This document shows, piece after piece, positions 49,950 to 61,666 of a DNA stretch of 64,000 nucleotides. This DNA comes from Phallusia mammillata (Eukaryota). Every line of letters starts with the position of its first letter. Position 1 is the stretch's first letter. The stretch covers positions 16,616,001-16,680,000 of the forward strand of contig OZ281500.1 of the NCBI GenBank assembly GCA_965637545.1, in the 5' to 3' direction. The position numbers and the translations under genes are program-made. The notes under the pieces are model-generated. The model ran no database searches. It saw nothing but the letters and a program-made list of their open reading frames with translations, and was not told the origin of the DNA.

Positions 49950-52900
49950 TCATCGCTTCTCGGTGACGTCAAACGATGACGTCACAATGGCTATTATAGC
50001 AAGGGTGAAGAGAAGCAAGATATTACAGTTTACTCTTGAACCACTTCCAGTATCGCCACGTAGTGGACTTTGTGATCCTGTTGGGATGCTGAGATCTGAT
50101 AGGTAAACTAGAAGGGAACCGCTCGTGGTACTTTCTTTGGTGCTAATTGTTGTTGTGGTGGTTGTTGTTTTTGTTTTTTTTGTAAGGACTGACGTCTGAG
50201 TTGTGACTGGAGTTGTAGTAGAAACCGTTTTCTTCTGGTTGTGAGTCTTGCCGACTTCAATTGTAAGATATGTCGCTGTTCCGGAGTCAGCAAGAGCCGC
50301 GAGCTTTTTTCCAAAATCTAAGCTGACCATCAGGGAGATAGTATGGGTTCCTGAACATAAAAACAAGGTCATGTTATTGCAACAGTGTAAATATTTTCTC
50401 AACACAGCGAAATTTTCGGCTTAAACATTAATATCACGACTACAAAGTGATATACACTAAAAATAGGCATAATCGCAAATCGGGTATAACGTATTTGTGA
50501 TTGTCGCAAATTGGCAGGATGGGCCTTCGCCAAATCGGGTTTATCGAAATTGTGCAGGCGACGACAAACTTAAATATTTCATCTCGTTATCTTGCCACAG
50601 TATTTCATTTCGACCGGCAGTGCACAATCTTTCTATTTTCGTCAAAACAAGACAATTGGGAGAGAATTGAGATCGACAAAAACAGATTGTTCTGCTGTAT
50701 TAAGTATTTTGTCACTATTTGATGACGCAATGCTGAATTCTTGTTTCCACACAGTCGTATTGTTTGTACTTGATATTTAATGCAGTTTTTGGTGTAAAAA
50801 TGTGCCGGTTTTTAGTTTAGGTCAGGTTGGCGAGAGGCATTGGTGGTTGTTTTGTCGCAGAGGAAGTAGCATGGGAAAGTTAGACACTTAAACTGTAACG
50901 CAATGACTTCAAATCAACCGTGACTTCCTGGCGACGCGCGAGCTTAAAACCGTCAGCGAAATAAACGAACATTCCATCCCGACATGTTGGCTTTCAGGTA
51001 CGGGTTGGGACCCAAAGTATCGCGTTGCTAAAAAATCAACAACAGAACACTACCATCGGTCGGATAGTTGTTTGCTTATTGTTGGTGCACGTTGGATTAA
51101 AACGAGAATATATTTTAATTTTGGCTCGGATCCTGGCTATGATTTCGGACCTCTTAAGGTTAGAGATAATTGTATAGCTCGCGCTGACACTATCGACCTT
51201 CAGATACGCAGAAGCTTTAGTTTCTTCACAGTATCAAGTTCCGAAGCATAATTACCACTTGCAGAACACGATTTTGGCGGTTTAGTGTAGGTTAGACGCT
51301 TGACACAGGAATGTTGCATAAACCAGCACCTCTGTTTTTTGTTCAAATCACGATCAAAGAGCTTAAGTATTTTCACATTAAAGCCTACAAATTTCTCCAT
51401 ACGCCCAACCCGTCAAATAGCGAAATTAGATGCAGAGATTGAGGACATTTTGATCGACGTAATGGTTTGTTTGTGTAGCGATGCGATTGCATGGCATCCA
51501 TTATAACCAGCGCCCAATACGACTCAAGGCGTGCTCTGTGCGTGAAAAGTAATGCACTATCCTTGTAAACTGTCAATTTTGATAAGATCTCAGTCTACAA
51601 AGGGCATAGATGGACTTACAATCTTGGCGTAACTGTCATAGCCATGTAGCACGTGTTTATATGAAATGACATGCTAGCGGGAAATAAAGGCAAAGTTCAA
51701 AATTCCGTTCGGGATTAAACTTTTACCGCTTAGTTACCCGTTAAGATCGCTTTACCGCACAGGCCCTTGAAGATCTCACGAGGCTTAAAAAGGCCCCACT
51801 AAAAACGCGTTTATATGTTCCTTTTTAAGACCAATTAACTTCATGCTAGTTTTATAAAATATTTTAGGTCACAATGAGGGACAGAAACTTTTACAAATTA
51901 AAACCAACTCGCTAGGTTTTTAAACGGAATACGATTAAGAAGGGTCACAGGCTGAATTGGATACAAGGACGCGAGAACACACAGAAAACTGCATGTAGGT
52001 CTAAACAAGTTTGACATTTCCGCAGCGTATTGTTAACCAGACCAGGAATCAAAGTGCACGATTTTAAGCTGTACAAAACCTTCGAAAGCGCAGCAGGTAA
52101 TTGTAGCTTTGTCAGGTTTACGTAGTTTGAGCAGAGGACGCTTGCCATTCGAAATGATCCAGTAATTTCAGGCTTGGAGGGCTTACGAAGCGGTGCGCAT
52201 CAAAGCGGCACCTTGGCGCATCAATCATTGCAATGCAGAAGACCGTAAATAATCAGCTACAGTCGAGAACTTCAGCATGTAACTCCGTTAAAACTTTAAC
52301 AAAGGATTTAGGTTCGATGGGTTGGGCAAAGACATGCGTACATGGTTGGTCATCAGTCATACTTGGACAGGCGCCAATTATCATTTCATAGCAAAGCTCG
52401 TAATTTCACAACAGTCGACCTCGAAATGGCAAAGGTCAATGGTTTGGCATCCAGCGCGTTAGTGTTTACAGTTACTTCTTTGCTAATTTTGAAGCATTTT
52501 TACCGCTATTTTACTATACAGCAAGAGGTGATACATTGGTTGGGATTTGGAAAACAAACAGAAACCAATTTAGACGTGTCGAAGTCGATTGATAAATGAA
52601 GAAGAATGCTCACTTTCGTGGATCAAAATTCGTAACCGCATTTTTGTGTAAGCCGCGAAACGCAGATAAGGCGTAACCTAAGTGCAGGCAAATCAATTAC
52701 AAATTCAAGTCATTTTCAACAATGTCCCAGATTTGAAAGCTTACAGTGCCACAGTTTACACTGGAAAAATTCCTACTTCCCACTATGTGTTCCCCGTGAT
52801 AATCTTAACTTGGTCTACATCCCTTTTGCGCTTATGTGTCCTTTCCGTCCACTTATAGCGGCATCCGTCTTAAAAAGTCAACGCTTATCCGAATAAATCC

Positions 52901-55900
52901 ACAAGCATATGCCGCTTCGGCGTCCGTTTCCCGGTCACGTGACCAAAGTATCACGTGACCAAAGCGACTTTGTGACGCTCACTTTGTTGAGTGTACACAG
53001 CAACAAACGCGTTGAACAAACAAACGTGTTTCCATCAAACGGCAGCGCGCGCCCGGCGACAACTTTAATCCGCTACTTCGCTTTCCCTCTCAAACAAACA
53101 AGCAACCCCTCAAAAATCACTGTGACGTCACAATGAAAGGCGACACGTGCGCTGGATGTTTCGACTTTTAAGTGTTTTCGATTTTAGCTGAATGAAAACG
53201 AGGCGAGACGACCAGGCGGGAGAAGAGTGGTGGACAGCGACTCAAGTTGGTTGCCAAGTGTTGTCCCGTATTACCAATGGACGAAAACGATCTGGAATGT
53301 GATCCATAGTAAAAATTGCGCCCGAGTTTGATGGCAATCCTATATACGAAATATCGCTGAAAACATTTACCCTCCGGTGACAAAAATTATACTCATTATC
53401 CACAACAATAAATTCCACTTTTTCGTTCGTCATTGATATGTTTCCGTGTTTTTGTTTATAACGTTGCCACTTTCCTTTAACCGCTACGTCACCATGGATA
53501 AGAGATGAAATTTAAATGCGATGTTTCGCACATAGCAATTACTGAATGCCGAATTTTTATGTTAACCTTTTGCTTCATGCCAAAACAATACTGTTATAAT
53601 GCCCAAGTCGCTTCCTATTCGTAACTGATAATATTCAAGAAATGTGCCAAATTAAGACAGTAATTAACATCCGCCATTTTGAACGCCCATGGTAGAATAC
53701 TAAAATCGCAAAAATGTCGGTAGCGCTTTAAACATGATAAATTACCCCTTTTAAATTAACCAATAAACAACACATGCGAGCCCGCGTGACATTCATATAG
53801 CCCTCGCACTCTGCAAAGGTCACAACTGTGGTCATCCAATGAGGTCTCGCCCTCATGTCACGTGGCCCCAAATGCCTTTTGCATTGTGCCGTTATGATTG
53901 TTTCGTCATGATGGAACGCCTTTTATGACCGGCAATAAAACTTGCGCGCGACGCAATCGGTTGCCCGGGGTGATGTTGTGACGTAGGTGTCGAAAATGTA
54001 CCGCCTTTGTTCAAAATCTATTCTTAAAGGCGGTTTTTCAAGGGAAAAGACAACATGTATTCTGATTTTGTTTTGCTTGTTAGATTGCTAAGTTAATTCG
54101 GCTTTTGTATTAAAACTTCAAATTGAAAAAAACTTCGACCCAAAACAAAAACAGGCTTAAGCGCGTTTTGTTCCATTTGACCCCCGCGTTTCAGCAGGAC
54201 AGTACTTAACAGGACAAACGATACAGGTGTGAAAGCAAGCGCGATAATCATCTCACAAGACAACCAGCCTCCCGCAAGCTGAACAATGGATGCAATAAAG
54301 GCAGTTTGCACTCGCCAAAGCGGTCTCGCTGACCAATCGGGACCGGACAGTATTTTGTTTGAACTTTTGTCAACACCTGAAGCGGGTTTTGTTTGAAGTC
54401 GGGACATCTCAGATCCCACGAGCGTAGGTTACACTGGAAGGGATGACACCTGCCACAAATATGATTGACAAAGTGCCACTGCTTGTCAAGGGCGGTTGTG
54501 ACAGCTGTCACTTTTTGAAAGGCTGGCACTATTTTTGGAAACCGAAAGGAGTCTTACACATTGCCAATTTTTTTATTTGAAAAAAAAACGCAACTTTTGT
54601 TTCGAAGCCAAATGCTACTCAAATACAATTTTTTACAATTTCGGGTGAATTATTTGGCATTTTACTTATTGTCGATTTTTTAGCGTAAGCTGATCGGGGT
54701 CATGAACATATTTGAGGCGAATTATCATCGATGCTGTTTGGTGCGTCATACTCGAAACCCTACACCAGGATCGTCACGCTCGAATGCGTTGCACGAGAAC
54801 TCCGTGCATAGATTGATTAACAAGACATGTGTTGGAAAGCATCAAAACAAGCCCCAATACTTTATGCACTAAACTTGGCAAAATTTGTCAGAGGGCATAT
54901 TTACTCGCTCACTAATGTAACTTCAAAACCCAAACTACACAAAAATCGTTATGTTGCGAAATAATAGGCCAGCATAAGTTTGTTTTTGTTCAAATAATTT
55001 GTTATAAAAGAGCGTTAAAGAGGGGCGTTCGAACCTAACTACACTCGCACCATGAGAATAATCTCATAGTTTCAGTGGACCATATATATGTCCACAGTAA
55101 TTATACGCCCTATTTTCACACCGTCGCAAGACTTGCGAAATCAAATCTTTGTGTGTATAACGCCATTGACAGCAGAGTGATGTGAAGAAAAGACAAATAT
55201 GTGCTTACTGCCGTCGCGTTAAAACAAGGGGCGCTGGGCTATCTGTAATCAAACTGCTAATGACCGACGACACGAAACCGACACATTTACGTGACCCACA
55301 GAAGACAATGGGTGATTATGCGCGCACAGACGCCTCATCAGCATTACGTCATGTTTGCCATTGCCACCGAGCGCAGCAGAGCGTAACCGCGGAGTCTTTA
55401 CGCATGAATGATCTGCAAAATTTTCGGGTAATCAGCGATTCGACTTAAAACGTTCAAAGAAAGGTTGGCCTTGCCAATAATCTGCTCAGCTACTGTACAT
55501 AAAAGGCTAAGCGAAGTTTAAAAGATCAAAGGGGATAATTTTAAACACAAACAACTTCCATTGGCTTGCACGGCACCAACTGCTAAACAGAAAAGCCATT
55601 ACGCAAGAAATAGTTTTGTCATTTTTCGGCTGATAATGGATACAATATCACCTTGTCAATAGAAAGTCGCTTATTTTTACGTATTTCTATCCTCGAGTAT
55701 ACGACCGACAAAGTAAGCATGATTCATGTTATCAGGTGGCGAAACGGTCTTCATTACTAAACAACAGTTCTCAACGCCTTTTCACGTTCGCATCAGCAGT
55801 AATGAGAAGTTTCAGGCGAGCGACATTTTACACGCTGCCTTATAAATATTGGGTGGTCGCCGAATAATATGATATAAATCCGAATGACGTGTTTTCTGTT

Positions 55901-56823
55901 TTTAGCGAGTAGTTTAGTCTGCAAGGTAGCAAGGAACGGGCTCGGTTGTCTGGAAACAGGTTTTCTTTTTAGATTTTACCGGTTTAAGAAGAGTGACAGT
56001 TGCCAGGCAACTTTATACACGCCTGGGATATAAACACATCAAAACCGGTTGCGGAAATCAGTCTGTATTAACAAGGGATTTTTCAGCTCAGGGTTTACTT
56101 CTTTCACCGTATTGTGGAATGGCATAGTGAAACAATTTTAGCAATACTTTGCCAATCCCTATAGTCTTACATTTGGATCCGTTTTCGGTCCTAAACTATG
56201 CTATAGAAGTCCAAGAACAATAAAAAGAAAACAAATGTCTTACCGATAGTGTTCATGACTTGAATCTTTCCATCCTGGTCATCGTAGATCACCACTGCGC
56301 TTGCTTGGTATCTCTCTCCAAGCTTGATCTTGTTGAAGAAATAGCACCTGCCTCGCTTGATCAACGCAATCCACGGCTCGTCCCTGGGAATTTCCATTTC
56401 ATTTTTAATCGAATGTGCGCAGCCTAAATTCGACGACCTTCCGGGATCGGCGACATGGACCACTTTGCCTCGGACCATCTCAGTAGGCGAGTGAAACCCA
56501 AACTTTCCAGTGGTACGCAGTTTTATTTCGTCGGACGCATCAGGTGTCATATGTGCATGCAAGTGAGCGTCGGTCCATGCTGGGGGATTATTAGGATCTG
56601 GTACAGTTTCAGTGGCGACTGATGGTGATTTTCGCATAAGAGCATCAAGAAAAATCTTGTCATTCACTGGATCGCGCTGGTCTCGTCGCTTTCCGCCGCG
56701 TCCCCGGTGCCGCCTTTTGCGTTTGCGGGCTTCCGTGCATGAATTTTCGGCGCACACTACAAGGATGATCACGATCGACCAGCTGATGAAACGGACGATA
56801 TTGAGCAAATTCAAAGTAGTCAT
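49950..56823 (-). CDS. Goliath/GRAIL (RNF130/RNF149/RNF150-family) PA-domain protein lacking the RING; Thr-rich stalk and hydrophobic C-terminus; 2 exons, about 326 aa
   Basis: Exon 1 56823-56244: signal peptide, then PA motif GCAHS...PWIALIKRGRCYFFNKIKLGERYQASAVVIYD, ending at a phase-1 GTAAG donor. Exon 2 50350-49950 follows acceptor TTTTTATGTTCAG and completes the PA domain (GTHTISLMVSLDFGKKLAALADSGTATYLTIEVG), then a Thr-rich tract, GSGS, ILLLFTLAIIAIV and a stop. 981 nt, open. Confidence 0.85.
52933..53132. promoter_or_regulatory. E-box (CLEAR-like) pair plus palindromic CRE; candidate intronic enhancer or promoter
   Basis: GGTCACGTGACC 52933-52944; TCACGTGACCAAAG directly repeated at 52935 and 52951; TGTGACGTCACA 53121-53132; locally CpG-rich. 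Confidence 0.4.
55925..56011. promoter_or_regulatory. Cluster of RFX X-box motifs in intron 1 of the PA-domain gene
   Basis: GTTGCCAGGCAAC (55999-56011, perfect inverted half-sites), GTTGTCTGGAAAC (55945-55957) and a weaker GTAGCAAGGAAC near 55926. Confidence 0.5.
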
Positions 56824-59800
56824 TTTCACTGTTGCAGTTTTTTGATTAATTATAAAATTTAAAGTCTAAAAACAAAACAAATTTGACTTAAAACAGAAAT
56901 AAAGTAACCACAATAGCAACAAATTGACACTGGCATTTAATCTGTCATAATCTCACTCTTCAGAAAGTTTCTGCCAGAAACTGTCGCTAAGACTAAACTT
57001 CAGACATCTCATAAAACAGAACTACTAAACTCTTTATTTCTAAACCTGACAAAATACAAAACCCAGCTTGGGAGTTTTCTGTACAAAACGCGTCTCGCGA
57101 ATAACAACAGCACAGCGTATTTGACTGGACCGTAGACAAGCGAAGCAACTTCTTGACGTCTCGACCGTTTCAGCTTTTTTCTCATAGCGTCCAGCGTTTC
57201 GAGAAGGCCTTGTCTGATAACAGCGCCGAGGGACCAATTGCAGCGAAATGTTGTAAGTTGTAAGGTTGAATACAATGGACAACCCATGTCACGGATTAAA
57301 TGCGTATTTACAACGGATGGAGACTACAGTGTTTACAAAAAACGCTTAAAAGCGTCGTTTTTAACAAACATCAAATTTAAATTGAGAAAATACGTATTAT
57401 GACCAATCTTTGCCACCAATTATTTACCGCGATAGTACCGTTTACAAAAGTCTACTTTCTTAGGTTAAGATTTTACTGTTTCGTAAAAATATACAATAAC
57501 TGTACATGCAGATTGCAACACTAGTTATGACAAGTCACAAGCTGCTTGCGATTCTTATACGCCAGGGGAGTTCTACTTTTGTTATCAGTTTGAACGCAAT
57601 CTTGACCTCGTAGTTTGGTAGATAATTTTCGATCTAAATTTTTTTAGATTCCGGCGTGCCATTGTCCGCATAGTAATACTATAATATCAGCTGATAACTT
57701 GGTGTGATTAAAACCGATGCTTTTACAGTAATTTCCAGAGGCGCAAACATGTTTTTTTAAACTAATTATTTTATGCTACTACGTTTTTAGCTGTAAATTC
57801 TAATTTTCATTTTCAAATAATATTTTCCGCATGGTTTAAACTAGGCTAATAAGAACTTTTAGATTATGCCGCCATTAGGTGTTACTCAAATAGTCTAAAA
57901 CAATTTCCGCATTAACACCTTGACCAAGAGGATGAAACACACGTTTTAAGCTTCCTCCTGTCTCCAGCCGGGCCATCTTCCGCATTAACTCTTTTGACTC
58001 TTAGGTCCAACACCTATATCCCGCTGTTTTTTCGTGCAGCAGTTTGACGCAACAAAGGCATATTGTTTTAGCGAACATCCTGTCCCCGCGAACCTACCCA
58101 TGCGAGTCGGCAAATTGCGTTAAAACTGGCGTGCTTGCGCAGCTCAGGCGGACAGACAAATTCAATTATATCCTACCAAGTTCGATGGTGCGAAACGGTT
58201 GACTACCGTCTTTACATCAACGAGTGTTCAAATCGCTAAAATCAAGCAACAAACAACTAAAACACAAACTGCAATACATACTGATTCTGGTAATACTGAA
58301 TTATTATTTCCAGCACTTATTTTGATCAAATGAGGCGTCGTCAGAGGACACAATGTTCAACATTCATGCGTCGACTGTCAGAACAAATAAAATAAACTGA
58401 CCAGTAAGCTTCATTAGCAAAACATGTTTTATTTTCCTTAGTTGTGTTACCTAAACACGTCTGTTTTCCTGACAGGTCACGAATCTGTGAATGGTAAAGA
58501 CGACGGTTGGGGAGCAGTTATACTCCACAACTTTTTTCTTCCCCAGCCGTTATCTTCGCGACGTGTGACGTCGCGCGTTCGCCGTCCAATTAGCTTCAAC
58601 AATAACTTCACGAATCACGAAGCGAAAAAAATCCTAGGTCGCCGAGTTTTGTTTTCAAAACAGAGTCTCTAAAAACAACATCGGTTGCTTTTTGTCACAT
58701 TTATGCGCATTAGTCCTGTCACAGTTATTTGTTGATCTTTTTCTCAGATACATATGGCTAAAATGCCAAATTTTCCTTGTTTTCACCAAACCTATTTTTC
58801 AATAATTTCAGTCATGCCTAAAAAAAATTATTACTTTAGTTACAAAAACGCAAATTTGAAAAAATCCTGTATACGTACACATGTTGTTCTAAGTTGTTTT
58901 TGTACTTATCATAGCATATAAAATGAGATTTGATGTTTCATATTTCTCAGAGCCAAAGCCTTTCAAACAAGACTTTCCTTCCATCCTACGCATAACATTC
59001 CCATTGTTGACGAACTTCAGAGACCTTGCAAACACATCTAGGCACTTTTTGTGGTTGTTGAACAAATAAACAAACTTATCGTCGCAATTGAAACTGCGCA
59101 GTGCATCTTAAAACGAATTTTACGGGGTCAGAAGGTAAATGTCAGATCTGTAAATCTGTCCTTGGGCATTCTATTCCGAAATCGAGCCCAAACGAGGTCT
59201 GTGAAACAATTTGGCGGTCAGTGACCCTGGAGTAAAAAATGGAGACGTAGCGTTGGGTCAATACCTCGGGCACTAAAATTGTTTGCTCGTTAGTTTTACT
59301 TCAACTCCTGGTGAGCGGAAATGTCTGAATAAGCAAAGTTCATAGATTTGCAACTGTTAAATATCGTCGTATCTTAAACTATGTTTTTCATTGAACTATG
59401 TTAACATGCAACTTAGGGGCAGTCGGAAACATTCATGACAGTGTACTGAACCGCCCGCATACCTGGGTGGCCTTCTGTTAAGCTAAGTCTAGAGTAAACT
59501 TGCAAACCATATGTGGTGAAAGTAAAGGGTGCAAAATGACATAAGGGCATCAAGGGTTTGACCTTTCGACATTGGGCCACAAAGTTACAGCAAGCATCTG
59601 TCGTTGTTATCACGGACAAGTTTTGAGCGAGCACTAATTGGCTTAACTTCGTTCCGGTTTGCTTGTTACCACACGCAGTTGCTTGAATTTGGCAACAACT
59701 GTACGCATTAACCCCTTCTGAACGATAAGTTGGTGCATCCTGTTTAATGATATTCTTTACAAAAAGAAATATAACTCTCTAACGTCAAAAGCAAAGTAGC

Positions 59801-61442
59801 GATGTACATGAGATGCCGTGTTTAATCGATGCAAACAATGCCGCATACAGATTTTCATGCCCAATATAGTCTACAGTGTAAACTCTACACTCTACAGATA
59901 TACAAAGACATACATGAAGCGCTGTACCAACTACCAAGAAGAGCCGATCATCCACTTTAAGCATGGTAATAACGTTCAAGTAGAGACCGCTAATATTTTT
60001 TTAAACATTTGTAACATTTATAATTTCAGCTAAATAATTTTGCATTATAACATACTTGTTTGTAACGTATCAATGCACTTCGGATGTTTAGACACATTTT
60101 GACAACCAGTAACACAGTTTTGGGTATCGCACCGGTCGATTATCGTCGAGTTAATCGCGATAAACAACGCACCCTATCAGCGTTTATCACGTAGCGACGA
60201 TAATCGAAAATAATCGACATTTTGTTTGGATAAAGTCACGGAGGGGGGTGGCAAAGCAAATAACAAGCATCGAAAATGTTATTTTAGCACAATAATGTCT
60301 GTTTGTTACGACACTCTGGGTTTCACGGTGCCCAAAGATACCATGGAACGATTATTTGACATTTGCTGTTCCATTACACCTGAACGGTGGCGATCTGTTA
60401 TGGGTAAACAAAGGAAACTTGTCACCTTACATTGCACGCGGAGTCCTAATTGTTCCTGTCAAGTTTTAAAGTTAAGATCCTGATGTTTGTCACGAAGTGT
60501 TGGGGATTACATTACTCCATAGCAAAACTGACATGAAGGATTTCACGAAGCACCACTGAAACGCTCTTACTGCGTTTTGGTTTATTGGCGGTTTTGTAGC
60601 TGTGAGATTAATCAGGCTTATTTAGACCACTGCCTTTTTCCTCGAATACCTTACCTTAATTTAGTAAAATATACTCCGAATATATACTGCCTGAAATTCA
60701 ATAAATATGGAGTGCAGTGCAATGGCATGTTGACTGACGGAAGCTACAGTTAATAATTTGTTTGTTTGTTTTCTGTGAAAGATTAGTTTCTAAGTTTCCA
60801 AACAGGGAATTCAAATGCTTGCCACAAACAAGAAAAAAAAATCAGTGCTTTATCTTTAGCAGTGCATGCATGCACTATCAAATACGTTTAAGCGTGGTAA
60901 GTTGGTCATATGCTTACACAAAATTCTTTGCTTACCCCACCTTAGCAAAACAGGAAAAAAGCAACCTTATCGTTTCGAGAACACTGATTGGACGCACTGG
61001 TCTACTTTTTAAAATTGTTGTTTTAACTGGATGCTGTATGTAATATCCAGCAAACTATCCACGGTTTTCTACATATAACCACAAAGCTAGAAACCATTCA
61101 CAAAAGTCCACGTCTAGCGACTTGTTCAGGCTTGAACAATCTCTAATTGTGACATGACAATGCGTCAGTGTTATTTGTCGAACATTCCGTTATTCTCTGC
61201 CAGCTTTTCACCAAATTTAGTGTGAGTTCAAACTCATACGCCCTTGTTATTGTTTCCATTCAAATGACGCCCGTGCCAGTAGTCCTTCCTTTGTGACGTT
61301 TCAATCAACACTTCTTTCGTCAAAAAGACAACATATTTACCGAGTGTGTTTATTTGGATTTCCTTTCTGTTGTTGTTGGTTGAAAACATTCCAGTTTGTA
61401 CTTTTAATTAAGGATGGGACATATTTTTGATATGATCTAAAA

Positions 61443-61666
61443 CAGGGGTTCTTAACCTGGGGTGCTTGGATAAAGCACCCCCAAGGGGTGCGAGAACTGT
61501 TCCTAGGGGGTGCGGGGATGCTGAATCATTAAGATTGGTTAGGTCTATTCTATTTAAGCAATTACAGAAGGGGGAGCAAAAATTGGTTAGTGATTTGTAA
61601 GAGGGTGCGAAAATTGGTTGGTGACTTGAAAGGGGTGCAGCAAGGAAAAAAGGTTAAGAACCACTG
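61443..61666. mobile_element. hAT (Charlie-like) MITE, 224 bp
   Basis: 16-bp TIRs CAGGGGTTCTTAACCT / AGGTTAAGAACCACTG; perfect 8-bp TSD ATCTAAAA on both sides. Confidence 0.9.

Noticed and set aside
54093-54529. Overlapping ORFs in the PA-gene intron as TM/RING exons
   Set aside because: No RING-H2 Cys/His pattern, and they lie before the exon that completes the PA domain.
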